Shown piece by piece: positions 18,371 to 30,870 of a DNA stretch of 64,000 nt. Source of the DNA: the human T2T-CHM13v2.0 reference genome, Homo sapiens; assembly GCF_009914755.1 (NCBI RefSeq), contig NC_060937.1, one strand, 5' to 3'. Made by a program: the position numbers and the translations under genes. Under the pieces are notes generated by a model, which worked only from the letters and a program-made list of their open reading frames with translations, made no database searches and had not been told where the DNA came from. Every line of letters starts with the position of its first letter. Within the stretch, counting starts at the first letter, position 1.

Positions 18371-19664
18371 GCCCTCTCTTTTTTTGCAAAAGAAGCTCAA
18401 GTACATCTAATCGAATCCCTTACCAAGGCCTGAATTCTTCACTTCTGACATCCCAGATTTGATCTCCCTACAGAATGCTGTACAGAACTGGCGAGTTGAT
18501 TTCTGGACTTGGATACCTCATAGAAACTACATATGAATAAAGATCCAATCCTAAAATCTGGGGTGGCTTCTCCCTCGACTGTCTCGAAAAATCGTACCTC
18601 TGTTCCCCTAGGATGCCGGAAGAGTTTTCTCAATGTGCATCTGCCCGTGTCCTAAGTGATCTGTGACCGAGCCCTGTCCGTCCTGTCTCAAATATGTACG
18701 TGCAAACACTTCTCTCCATTTCCACAACTACCCACGGCCCCTTGTGGAACCACTGGCTCTTTGAAAAAAATCCCAGAAGTGGTTTTGGCTTTTTGGCTAG
18801 GAGGCCTAAGCCTGCTGAGAACTTTCCTGCCCAGGATCCTGTGTGACCAAAAGTGCCTCTGCTGGGAGCTGGGATCCTCGGGACCATGCTTGCTAGCGCT
18901 GGATGAGTCTCTGGAAGGACGCACGGGACTCCGCAAAGCTGACCTGTCCCACCGAGGTCAAATGGATACCTCTGCATTGGCCCGAGGCCTCCGAAGTACA
19001 TCACCGTCACCAACCGTCACCGTCAGCATCCTTGTGAGCCTGCCCAAGGCCCCGCCTCCGGGGAGACTCTTGGGAGCCCGGCCTTCGTCGGCTAAAGTCC
19101 AAAGGGATGGTGACTTCCACCCACAAGGTCCCCACTGAACGGCGAAGATGTGGAGCGTAGGTCAGAGAGGGGACCAGGAGGGGAGACGTCCCGACAGGCG
19201 ATGAGTTCCCAAGGCTCTGGCCACCCCACCCACGCCCCACGCCCCACGTCCCGGGCACCCGCGGGACACCGCCGCTTTATCCCCTCCTCTGTCCACAGCC
19301 GGCCCCACCCCACCACGCAACCCACGCACACACGCTGGAGGTTCCAAAACCACACGGTGTGACTAGAGCCTGACGGAGCGAGAGCCCATTTCACGAGGTG
19401 GGAGGGGTGGGGGTGGGGTGGGTTGGGGGTTGTGGGGTCTGTGGCGAGCCCGATTCTCCCTCTTGGGTGGCTACAGGCTAGAAATGAATATCGCTTCTCG
19501 GGCGGAGGGGCTTCCTTAGGCCATCACCGCTTGCGGGACTACCTCTCAAACCCTCCCTTGAGGCCACAAAATAGATTCCACCCCACCCATCGACGTTTCC
19601 CCCGGGTGCTGGATGTATCCTGTCAAGAGACCTGAGCCTGACACCGTCGAATTAAACACCTTGA

Positions 19665-19850
<186 letters not shown>

Positions 19851-19926
19851 ACCCTCTTTCATTGGTTTTCACTGGAGATTCTAGATTCGAGCCACACCTC
19901 ATTCCGTGCCACAGAGAGACTTCTTT

Positions 19927-22900
19927 TTTTTTTTTTTTTTAAGCGCAACGCAACATGTCTGCCTTATTTGAGTGGCTTCCTATATCATTATAATTGTGTT
20001 ATAGATGAAGAAACGGTATTAAACACTGTGCTAATGATAGTGAAAGTGAAGACAAAAGAAAGGCTATCTATTTTGTGGTTAGAATAAAGTTGCTCAGTAT
20101 TTAGAGCTACCTAAATACGTCAGCATTTACACTCTTCCTAGTAAAAGCTGGCCAATCTGAATAATCCTCCTTTAAACAAACACAATTTTTGATAGGGTTA
20201 AGATTTTTTTAAGAATGCGACTCCTGCAAAATAGCTGAACAGACGATACACATTTAAAAAAATAACAACACAAGGATCAACCAGACTTGGGAAAAAATCG
20301 AAAACCACACAAGTCTTATGAAGAACTGAGTTCTTAAAATAGGACGGAGAACGTAGCTATCGGAAGAGAAGGCAGTATTGGCAAGTTGATTGTTACGTTG
20401 GTCAGCAGTAGCTGGCACTATCTTTTTGGCCATCTTTCGGGCAATGTAACTACTACAGCAAAATGAGATATGATCCATTAAACAACATATTCGCAAATCA
20501 AAAAGTGTTTCAGTAATATAATGCTTCAGATTTAGAAGCAAATCAAATGATAGAACTCCACTGCTGTAATAAGTCACCCCAAAGATCACCGTATCTGACA
20601 AAATAACTACCACAGGGTTATGACTTCAGAATCATACTTTCTCTTGATATTTACTTATGTATGTATTTATTTTTTTTAATTTATTTCTCTTGAGACGGCG
20701 TCTCGCTCTGTCGCCCAGGCTGGAGTGCGATGGTGTGATCTCGGCTCACTGCAACCGCCACCTCCCTGGGTTCAAGCGATTCTCCTGCCTCAGCCTCCCG
20801 AGTAGCTGGGACTACAGGTGCCCGCCACCACGCCCAGCTAATCTTTATACTTTTAATAGAGACGGGGTTTCACCGTGTCGGCCCGGATGGTCTCGATCTC
20901 TTGACCTCGTGACCCGCCCGCCTCGGCCTCCCAAAGTGCTGGGATGACAGGCGTGAGCCACTGAGCCCGGCCTTCTCTTGACGTTTAAACTATGAAGTCA
21001 GTCCAGAGAAACGCAATAAATGTCAACGGTGAGGATGGTGTTGAGGCAGAAGTAGGACCACACTTTTTCCTATCTTATTCAGTTGATAACAATATGACCT
21101 AGGTAGTAATTTCCTATGTGCCTACTTATACACGAGTACAAAAGAGTAAAACAGAGAGACTGCTAAATTAAAGGGTACGTGAAGTTCTTCATAGTAACTC
21201 CGTAAACTGGAACACTGTCAAAAAGCAGCAGCTAGTGAATTGTTTCCATGTATTTTTCTATGATCCAATAAGTGAACTATGCTATTCCTTTCCAGTCTCC
21301 CAAGCACTTCTTGTCCCCATCACCACTTCGGTGCTCGAAGAAAAAGTAACAAATCAAGGAACACAACTAAAGAAACACACACACAAACCAAAGACAACTA
21401 CAGCGTCTGCAAAAGTTTGCTAGAAGACTGAAACTGTTGAGTATAAGGATCTGGTATTCTACGATGATCATGAGTTCACTTCAGAGTTTGTTCAAGACAT
21501 ACGTTTCGTAAGGAAACATCTTAGTTAGAAGTTATTCAGCAGTAGGTACCATCCCTAAGTATTTTTCACCAAATTCGTGACAATAAAGAGCTATCTAACC
21601 AGAAAAATTAGCGAGTACCGGCACCATCCATAGGGCTTTGTCTTTACGCTTCATTAGCACTTACCATGCCTTACAATGTCTAGGATTGACCCTGATAGCA
21701 TTTCGAAAACAAGCTAATGCTTTGTCCAGTTCTTCAGTGAAGACAAGCTCACGCCCTAATGCGCTATAGGCATAAGCATCATTTGGATCCACTTCGAGAG
21801 TTCTCTGGAAGAATTGAATCGCAATATCGTGTTCCCGTTGCAGACCGAAACAGTTCCCTGCAGCACACCAGGCCTCTGGCTGGCGAATTTTTATCCATGT
21901 CTGTGAAGTCTTTGGACAGAACTGAAAGAGCAACCTCTTTCGGAGGATGCCAAAGTGTTGTAGAGTAGATCTCCATGCCTTCGACTCTGTAATTCTCAAT
22001 CCTCCTAACCTCTGAGAATTGTCTTTCAGCTTGCGTGGACTCTGAAAGTTTACAATAGGCCCTTCCGATTTGGCACAGTACCCAACCGGTATTGCGGTGG
22101 TGAGAAGCTAGATGGCTCAAGATGCTGATAGCTTCTTTGCCGTGGTAAGAACACAAAGCTAAATAACCTTTCCCCCTTTCACGAAGAAGGCTCATCAAGC
22201 CTTCCGCTGCTGCTTTTTGTAGATTAAAAGCCTGAATCTGAGGCGCGATTGCGGCTATTTCCCCTTCTGAAATGACGGAAGAGTCCAATTTTGTCACTTC
22301 CAGGCTATCACTTATGTTCGGTGGAGTTATTGCTCCTTTATTAGTTTTACTTTTGGTTCTTCTGTTTGGGATTTTAGGTGGAAACTTCATTTTTAATTTT
22401 CTCCTATTCTCCTCGGTTGTGGAGCTGTCACTAGTCAAGAGTCGTGAATTTCTTCGAGGCGGTGCATTTGGGGGAGATGCCATAGTGGGGCTCAATACCT
22501 GAGGTGTTGCCCTTGTCGGCGGACCAGAACTTTGTGTTTTTGCAAGGACTGGAGTTACCTTTCGGCTCTTTCCCCTCTGCGAGAAGACAGACGGTGTTCC
22601 GGTTTGGCCGATTCTGGCAACAGGCTTTTTTGAAGGGGCTCCGGTGGATGGCACGTCAATGACAGACGGTGTCTCATACCAGTGCAGTTTTGTCAATAGG
22701 GTCCGTCTCCGGGACTTGGGGTTTCTAATGGCAAAATGCCAACACTTGGGGTTAATGGACTAACAGCTGCTGGTCCTCCTAATAAACTTCGACCAGGTTT
22801 TGGTTTATGTTGAACCTGTTTAGATCATATGGAAGTTCCTGTTCCCAGTGGGACAGTATCAGGTGAAAGGACAGCTGAATCGATAGAAGACACTGGGGAG

Positions 22901-23729
22901 TCTGTATTCAAGGAGTACTTTGAATTGGAAGATTCTAAATTCCATCCGTTTCATTGGACGGTGTCCTGGGGTGTTTCCGTAAGAACGGTCTCGGGCTGTC
23001 TGTGACATAAACTAGGACGAGGTCCAAGTGTTGCGGCGCAACACTTGGACAGGCAGTTGCTAAAGCTCTCTAGAGAGGTGAATCAAAATGTTTGGTCAGG
23101 ATCTGGCTTTTCCCCCCTATTTCACATCATGATTCAAAGGGACACCAGAGGAAAGGATTTCAACGAAGGCTCTTTTGGTCACATTCTGATCCTTTGGTAA
23201 GCCGATCTGTCTTGCAATATACATGTCCCGACGATGGAAGGGGAAAGCGAGCTGAATCACCAAACTCAGGAACGATAATATCATCGTGGCTTTTCTGCTT
23301 ATGAAACACTCCACCCGATAAGATTTGATCCCCTTCTGCAAGCTTGCTGAGATCAACACAACATTTCGCAAGCAGGCATTTGCATTGCGGGGTAGTACAA
23401 CTGTGTCCTTTCAAGAGTCTATATGTTTTATAGGCCTTTCCTGAGCGGTAAGAACAGGTCGCCAGTAAGAACAAGGCTTCTTCTGAGTGTACTTCTGCAT
23501 AAAGGCGTTCTGCGGGGGAAACCGCATCTCGGTAGGTAGGCATAGTGGTTTAGTGCTTGCCATATAGCAGCCTGGACGGGTCCCTGCAGCACCGCCATCC
23601 TCGAGGCTCAGGCCCACTTTCTGCAGTGCCTCAGGCACCCCCCCCCCCCCCCATAGCGGCTCCGGCCCGGCCAGCCCCGGCTCATTTAAAGGCACCAGCC
23701 GCCGTTACCGGGGGATGGGGGAGTCCGAG
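19927..23729 (-). pseudogene. CDC27P: CDC27 (APC3) retropseudogene: 5'UTR and disrupted spliced CDS (ATG at 23598 to ~21665), then intron-like sequence and poly(A)
   Basis: Minus-strand peptides YRDAV..AERLYAEVHSEEALFLLAT..YRSGKAYK, MKFPPKIPNR.TKSKTNKG and EELDKALACFRNAIRVNPRH match CDC27 across several frames; 4-bp duplication frameshift near 23532; T17 tract at 19924-19940; a CDC27 pseudogene is a known human IGS element. Confidence 0.95.
20690..20972 (-). mobile_element. Full-length Alu inside the intron-like part of the CDC27 retrocopy
   Basis: GAGACGGCGTCTCGCTCTGTCGCCCAGGCTGG … GGCGTGAGCCACTGAGCCCGGCC. Confidence 0.93.
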
Positions 23730-24253
23730 ACAGAATGACTTCTTTATCCTGCTGACTCTGGAAAGCCCGGCGCCTTGTGATCCATTGCAAACCGAGAGTC
23801 ACCTCGTGTTTAGAACACGGATCCACTCCCAAGTTCAGTGGGGGGATGTGAGGGGTGTGGCAGGTAGGACGAAGGACTCTCTTCCTTCTGATTCGGTCTG
23901 CACAGTGGGGCCTAGGGCTGGAGCTCTCTCCGTGCGGACCGCTGACTCCCTCTACCTTGGGTTCCCTCGGCCCCACCCTGGAACGCCGGGCCTTGGCAGA
24001 TTCTGGCCCTTCCTGGCCCTTCAGTCGCTGTCAGAAACCCCATCTCATGCTCGGATGCCCCGAGTGACTGTGGCTCGCACCTCTCCGGAAACATTGGAAA
24101 TCTCTCCTCTACGCGCGGCCACCTGAAACCACAGGAGCTCGGGACACACGTGCTTTCGGGAGAGAATGCTGAGAGTCTCTTGCCGACTCTCTCTTGACTT
24201 GAGTTCTTCGTGGGTGCGTGGTTAAGACGTAGTGAGACCAGATGTATTAACTC

Positions 24254-25405
<1,152 letters not shown>

Positions 25406-26204
25406 CCCCCCCTTTCCCCTTCCCCCGCTTGTCTTCCCGACAGACAGTTTCACGGCAGAGCGTTTGGCTGGCGTGCTTAAACTCATTCTAAATAGAAATT
25501 TGGGACGTCAGCTTCTGGCCTCACGGACTCTGAGCCGAGGAGTCCCCTGGTCTGTCTATCACAGGACCGTACACGTAAGGAGGAGAAAAATCGTAACGTT
25601 CAAAGTCAGTCATTTTGTGATACAGAAATACACGGATTCACCCAAAACACAGAAAGCAGTCTTTTAGAAATGGCCTTAGCCCTGGTGTCCGTGCCAGTGA
25701 TTCTTTTCGGTTTGGACCTTGACTGAGAGGATTCCCAGTCGGTCTCTCGTCTCTGGACGGAAGTTCCAGATGATCCGATGGGTGGGGGACTTAGGCTGCG
25801 TCCCCCCAGGAGCCCTGGTCGATTAGTTGTGGGGATCGCCTTGGAGGGCGCGGTGACCCACTGTGCTGTGGGAGCCTCCATCCTTCCCCCCACCCCCTCC
25901 CCAGGGGATCCCAATTCATTCCGGGCTGACACGCTCACTGGCAGGCGTCGGGCATCACCTAGCGGTCACTGTTACTCTGAAAACGGAGGCCTCACAGAGG
26001 AAGGGAGCACCAGGCCGCCTGCGCACAGCCTGGGGCAACTGTGTCTTCTCCACCGCCCCCGCCCCCACCTCCAAGTTCCTCCCTCCCTTGTTGCCTAGGA
26101 AATCGCCACTTTGACGACCGGGTCTGATTGACCTTTGATCAGGCAAAAACGAACAAACAGATAAATAAATAAAATAACACAAAAGTAACTAACTAAATAA
26201 AATA

Positions 26205-26342
26205 AGTCAATACAACCCATTACAATACAATAAGATACGATACGATAGGATGCGATAGGATACGATAGGATACAATACAATACGATACGATACAATACAA
26301 TACAATACAATACAATACAATACAATACAATACAATACAATA
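26205..26342 (+). repeat. (ATACA/ATACG)n pentanucleotide repeat
   Basis: Directly visible. Confidence 0.92.
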
Positions 26343-27172
<830 letters not shown>

Positions 27173-27454
27173 TTAACTTCATTTTATGTTATTATCGTGA
27201 TTGATGTTTCGAGACGGAGTCTCGGAGGCCCGCCCTCCCTGGTTGCCCAGACAACCCCGGGAGACAGACCCTGGCTGGGCCCGATTGTTCTTCTCCTTGG
27301 TCAGGGGTTTCCTTGTCTTTCTTCGTGTCTTTAACCCGCGTGGACTCTTCCGCTCGGGTTTGACAGATGGCAGCTCCACTTTAGGCCTTGTTGTTGTTGG
27401 GGACTTTCCTGATTCTCCCCAGATGTAGTGAAAGCAGGTAGATTTGCCTTGCCT

Positions 27455-27474
27455 GGACTTGCCTGGCCTTGCCT
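27455..27474 (+). promoter_or_regulatory. RGC p53 response element (GGACTTGCCT GGCCTTGCCT) within TGCCT repeats
   Basis: TTGCCTTGCCTGGACTTGCCTGGCCTTGCCTTTT is the classic ribosomal gene cluster p53-binding sequence; two RRRCWWGYYY-type half sites. Confidence 0.85.
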
Positions 27475-27569
27475 TTTCTTTCTTTCTTTCTTTATTACTT
27501 TCTCTTTTTCTTCTTCTTCTTCTTCTTCTTCTTCTTCTTCTTCTTCTTCTTCTTCTTCTTCTTTTTTTT

Positions 27570-27852
27570 TTGAGACAGAGTTTCACTCTTGTTGCCCAGG
27601 CTAGAGGGCAATGGTGCGATCTCGGCTCACCGCACCCTCCGCCTCCCAGGTTCAAGCGATTCTCCTGCCTCAGCCTCCTGATTAGCTGGGATTACAGGCA
27701 TGGGCCACCGTGCCTGGCTGATGTTTGTACTTTTAGTAGAGACGGTGTTTTTCCATGTTGGTCAGGCTGGTCTCCCACTCCCAACCTCAGGTGGTCCGCC
27801 TGCCTTAGCCTCCCAAAGTGCTGGGATGACAGGCGTGAGCCACCGCGCCCAG

Positions 27853-27853
<1 letters not shown>
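27570..27853 (-). mobile_element. Alu with a (CTT)n-expanded tail at 27510-27570
   Basis: GAGACAGAGTTTCACTCTTGTTGCCCAGGCT … CCACCGCGCCCAGCC. Confidence 0.93.
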
Positions 27854-27903
<50 letters not shown>

Positions 27904-28554
27904 CGCTCGCTTGCTTGCTTGCTTTCGTGCTTTCTTGCTTTCCCGTTTTCTTGCTTTCTTTCTTTCTTTCGTTTCTTTCATGCTTGCTTTCTTGCTTGCT
28001 TGCTTGCTTTCGTGCTTTCTTGCTTTCCTGTTTTCTTTTTCTTTCTTTCTTTCTTTCTTTCTTTTGTTTCTTTCTTGCTTGCTTTCTTGCTTGCTTGCTT
28101 GCTTTCGTGCTTTCTTGCTTTCCTGTTTTCTTTCTTTCTTTCTTTCTTTTGTTTCTTTCTTGCTTGCTTTCTTGCTTGCTTGCTTTCGTGCTTTCTTGTT
28201 TTCTCGCTTTCTTTCTTTCTTTTGTTTCTTTCCTGCTTGCTTTCTTGCTTGATTGCTTTCGTGCTTTCTTGCTTTCTTGTTTTCTTTCTTTCTTTTGTTT
28301 CTTTCTTTCTTGCTTCCTTGTTTTCTTGCTTTCTTGCTTGCTTGCTTTCGTGCTTTCTTGTTTTCTTGCTTTCTTTCTTTTGTTTCTTTCTTGCTTGCTT
28401 TCTTGCTTCCTTGTTTTCTTGCTTTCTTGCTTGCTTGCTTTCGTGCTTTCTTTCTTGCTTTCTTTTCTTTCTTTCTTTTCTTTTTCTTTCTTTCTTGCTT
28501 TCTTTTCTTTCATTCATTCATTCTTTCTTTCTTTCCTTTCTTTCTTTCTTTCTT

Positions 28555-28589
<35 letters not shown>

Positions 28590-28595
28590 GTTTCG
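27854..28595 (+). repeat. (CT)n followed by a compound (TTGC/TTTC)n minisatellite-like tract
   Basis: Recurrent GCTTGCTTTCGTGCTTTCTTG units. Confidence 0.92.
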
Positions 28596-28599
28596 TCCT

Positions 28600-28892
<293 letters not shown>

Positions 28893-29966
28893 TGTTGACT
28901 CATTTCGCTTTTTTATTTCTTTCGTTTCCACGCGTTTACTTATATGTATTAATGTAAACGTTTCTGTACGCTTATATGCAAACAACGACAACGTGTATCT
29001 CTGCATTGAATACTCTTGCGTATGGTAAATACGTATCGGTTGTATGGAAATAGACTTCTGTATGATAGATGTAGGTGTTTGTGTTATACAAATAAATACA
29101 CATCGCTCTATAAAGAAGGGATCGTCGATAAAGACGTTTATTTTACGTATGAAAAGCGTCGTATGTATGTGTGTAAATGAACGAGCGTACGTAGTTATCT
29201 CTGTTTTCTTTCTTCCTCTCCTTCGTGTTTTTCTTCCTTCCTTTCTTCCTTTCTCTCCTTCTTTAGGTTTTTCTTCCTCTCTTCCTTTCCTTCTTTCTCT
29301 CTTTCTGTCCTTTTTTCCTTCGTGCTTTATTTCTCTTTCGTTCCCTGTGTTTCCTTCTTTTTTCTTTCCTCTCTGTTTCTTTTTCCCTTCTTTCCTTCGT
29401 TTCTTTCCTCATTCTTTCTCTCTTTTTCGTGTTTCTTTCCTTCCCGTCTGTCTTTTAAAAAATGGAGTGTTTCAGAAGTTTACTTTGTGTATCTACGTTT
29501 TCTAAATTGTCTCTCTTTTCTCCATTTTCTTCCTCCCTCCCTCCCTCCCTCCCTTCCTGCTCCCTTCCCTCCCTCCTTCCCTTTCGCCATCTGTCTCTTT
29601 TCCCCACTCCCCTCCCCCCGTCTGTCTCTGCGTGGATTCCGGAAGAGCCTACGCATTCTGCCTCTCCGTGTGTCTGCAGCGACCCGCGACCGAGTCCTTG
29701 TGTGTTCTTTCTCCCTCCCTCCCTCCCTCCCTCCCTCCCTCCCTGCTTCCGAGAGGCATCTCCAAACACCCACGCGCCGTGGGTTGTCTTCTGACTCTGT
29801 CGCGGTCGAGGCAGAGACGCGTTTTGGGCACCGTTTGTGTGGGGTTGGGGCAGAGGGGCTGCGTTTTCGGCCTCGGGAAGAGCTTCTCGACTCACGGTTT
29901 CGCTTTCGCGGTCCACGGGCCGCCCTGCCAGCCGGATCTGTCTCGCTGACGTCCGCGGCGGTTGTC

Positions 29967-29984
29967 GGGCTCCATCTGGCGGCC
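29967..29984 (-). promoter_or_regulatory. CTCF motif at the upstream boundary, near the spacer promoter
   Basis: Reverse complement reads GGCCGCCAGATGGAGCCC, close to the CTCF core CCASYAGRKGGC; about 880 bp upstream of the TSS, where CTCF is known to bind human rDNA. Confidence 0.7.
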
Positions 29985-30179
29985 GCTTTGAGATCGTGCT
30001 CTCGGCTTCCGGAGCTGCGGTGGCAGCTGCCGAGGGAGGGGACCGTCCCCGCTGTGAGCTAGGCAGAGCTCCGGAAAGCCCGCGGTCGTCAGCCCGGCTG
30101 GCCCGGTGGCGCCAGAGCTGTGGCGCGTCGCTTGTGAGTCACAGCTCTGGCGTGCAGGTTTATGTGGGGGAGAGGCTGT

Positions 30180-30271
30180 CGCTGCGCTTCTGGGCCCGCG
30201 GCGGGCGTGGGGCTGCCCGGGCCGGTCGACCAGCGCGCCGTAGCTCCCGAGGCCCGAGCCGCGACCCGCGG
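30180..30271 (+). ncRNA. MIR6724: Annotated MIR6724 hairpin sequence (status as a true miRNA is doubtful)
   Basis: CTGGGCCCGCGGCGGGCGTGGGG at 30190-30212 recognised from memory. Confidence 0.6.
30224..30233 (+). terminator. Upstream Sal box GGTCGACCAG, likely the spacer terminator (Tsp)
   Basis: Sal-box core about 625 bp upstream of the TSS and downstream of the CTCF site, matching the CTCF / spacer promoter / Tsp arrangement of mammalian rDNA. Confidence 0.6.
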
Positions 30272-30676
30272 GGACCCGCCGCGCGTGGCGCGGGAGGCTG
30301 GGGACGCCCTTCCCGGCCCGGTCGCGGGTCCGCGCTCATCCTGGCCGTCTGAGGCGGCGGCCGAATTCGTTTCCGAGTCCCCGTGGGGAGCCGGGGACCG
30401 TCCCGCCCCCGTCCCCCGGGTGCCGGGGAGCGGTCCCTCTGCCGCGATCCTTTCTGGCGAGTCCCCGTGCGGAGTCGGAGAGCGCTCCCTGAGCGCGCGT
30501 GCGGCCCGAGAGGTCGCGCCTGGCCGGCCTTCGGTCCCTCGTGTGTCCCGGTCGTAGGAGGGGCCGGCCGAAAATGCTTCCGGCTCCCGCTCTGGAGACA
30601 CGGGCCGGCCCCCTGCGTGTGGCACGGGCGGCCGGGAGGGCGTCCCCGGCCCGGCGCTGCTCCCGCGTGTGTCCTG

Positions 30677-30687
30677 GGGTTGACCAG
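30677..30687 (+). terminator. Promoter-proximal TTF1 site T0 (GGGTTGACCAG)
   Basis: One-mismatch Sal box about 170 bp upstream of the TSS, the expected T0 position. Confidence 0.75.
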
Positions 30688-30696
30688 AGGGCCCCG

Positions 30697-30870
30697 GGCG
30701 CTCCGTGTGTGGCTGCGATGGTGGCGTTTTTGGGGACAGGTGTCCGTGTCGCGCGTCGCCTGGGCCGGCGGCGTGGTCGGTGACGCGACCTCCCGGCCCC
30801 GGGGGAGGTATATCTTTCGCTCCGAGTCGGCATTTTGGGCCGCCGGGTTATTGCTGACACGCTGTCCTCT
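30697..30870 (+). promoter_or_regulatory. Pol I gene promoter: upstream control element (~-156 to -107) and core (~-45 to +18)
   Basis: Recognisable human core sequence GAGGTATATCTTTCGCTCCGAGTCGGCATTTTGGGCCGCCGGGTTATTGCTGACAC; element limits taken from established knowledge of the human promoter. Confidence 0.92.

Noticed and set aside
21779-22696. 305-aa CDC27-like ORF as a functional gene
   Set aside because: It is one fragment of a frameshifted retrocopy; it lacks the N-terminal region, shifts out of frame before the remaining TPRs, and nothing in the sequence supports translation.
30120-30200. Exact spacer-promoter start site
   Set aside because: A spacer promoter is expected between the CTCF site and the 30224 Sal box, and AGGTTTAT resembles the core AGGTATAT, but I cannot fix its coordinates from sequence alone.
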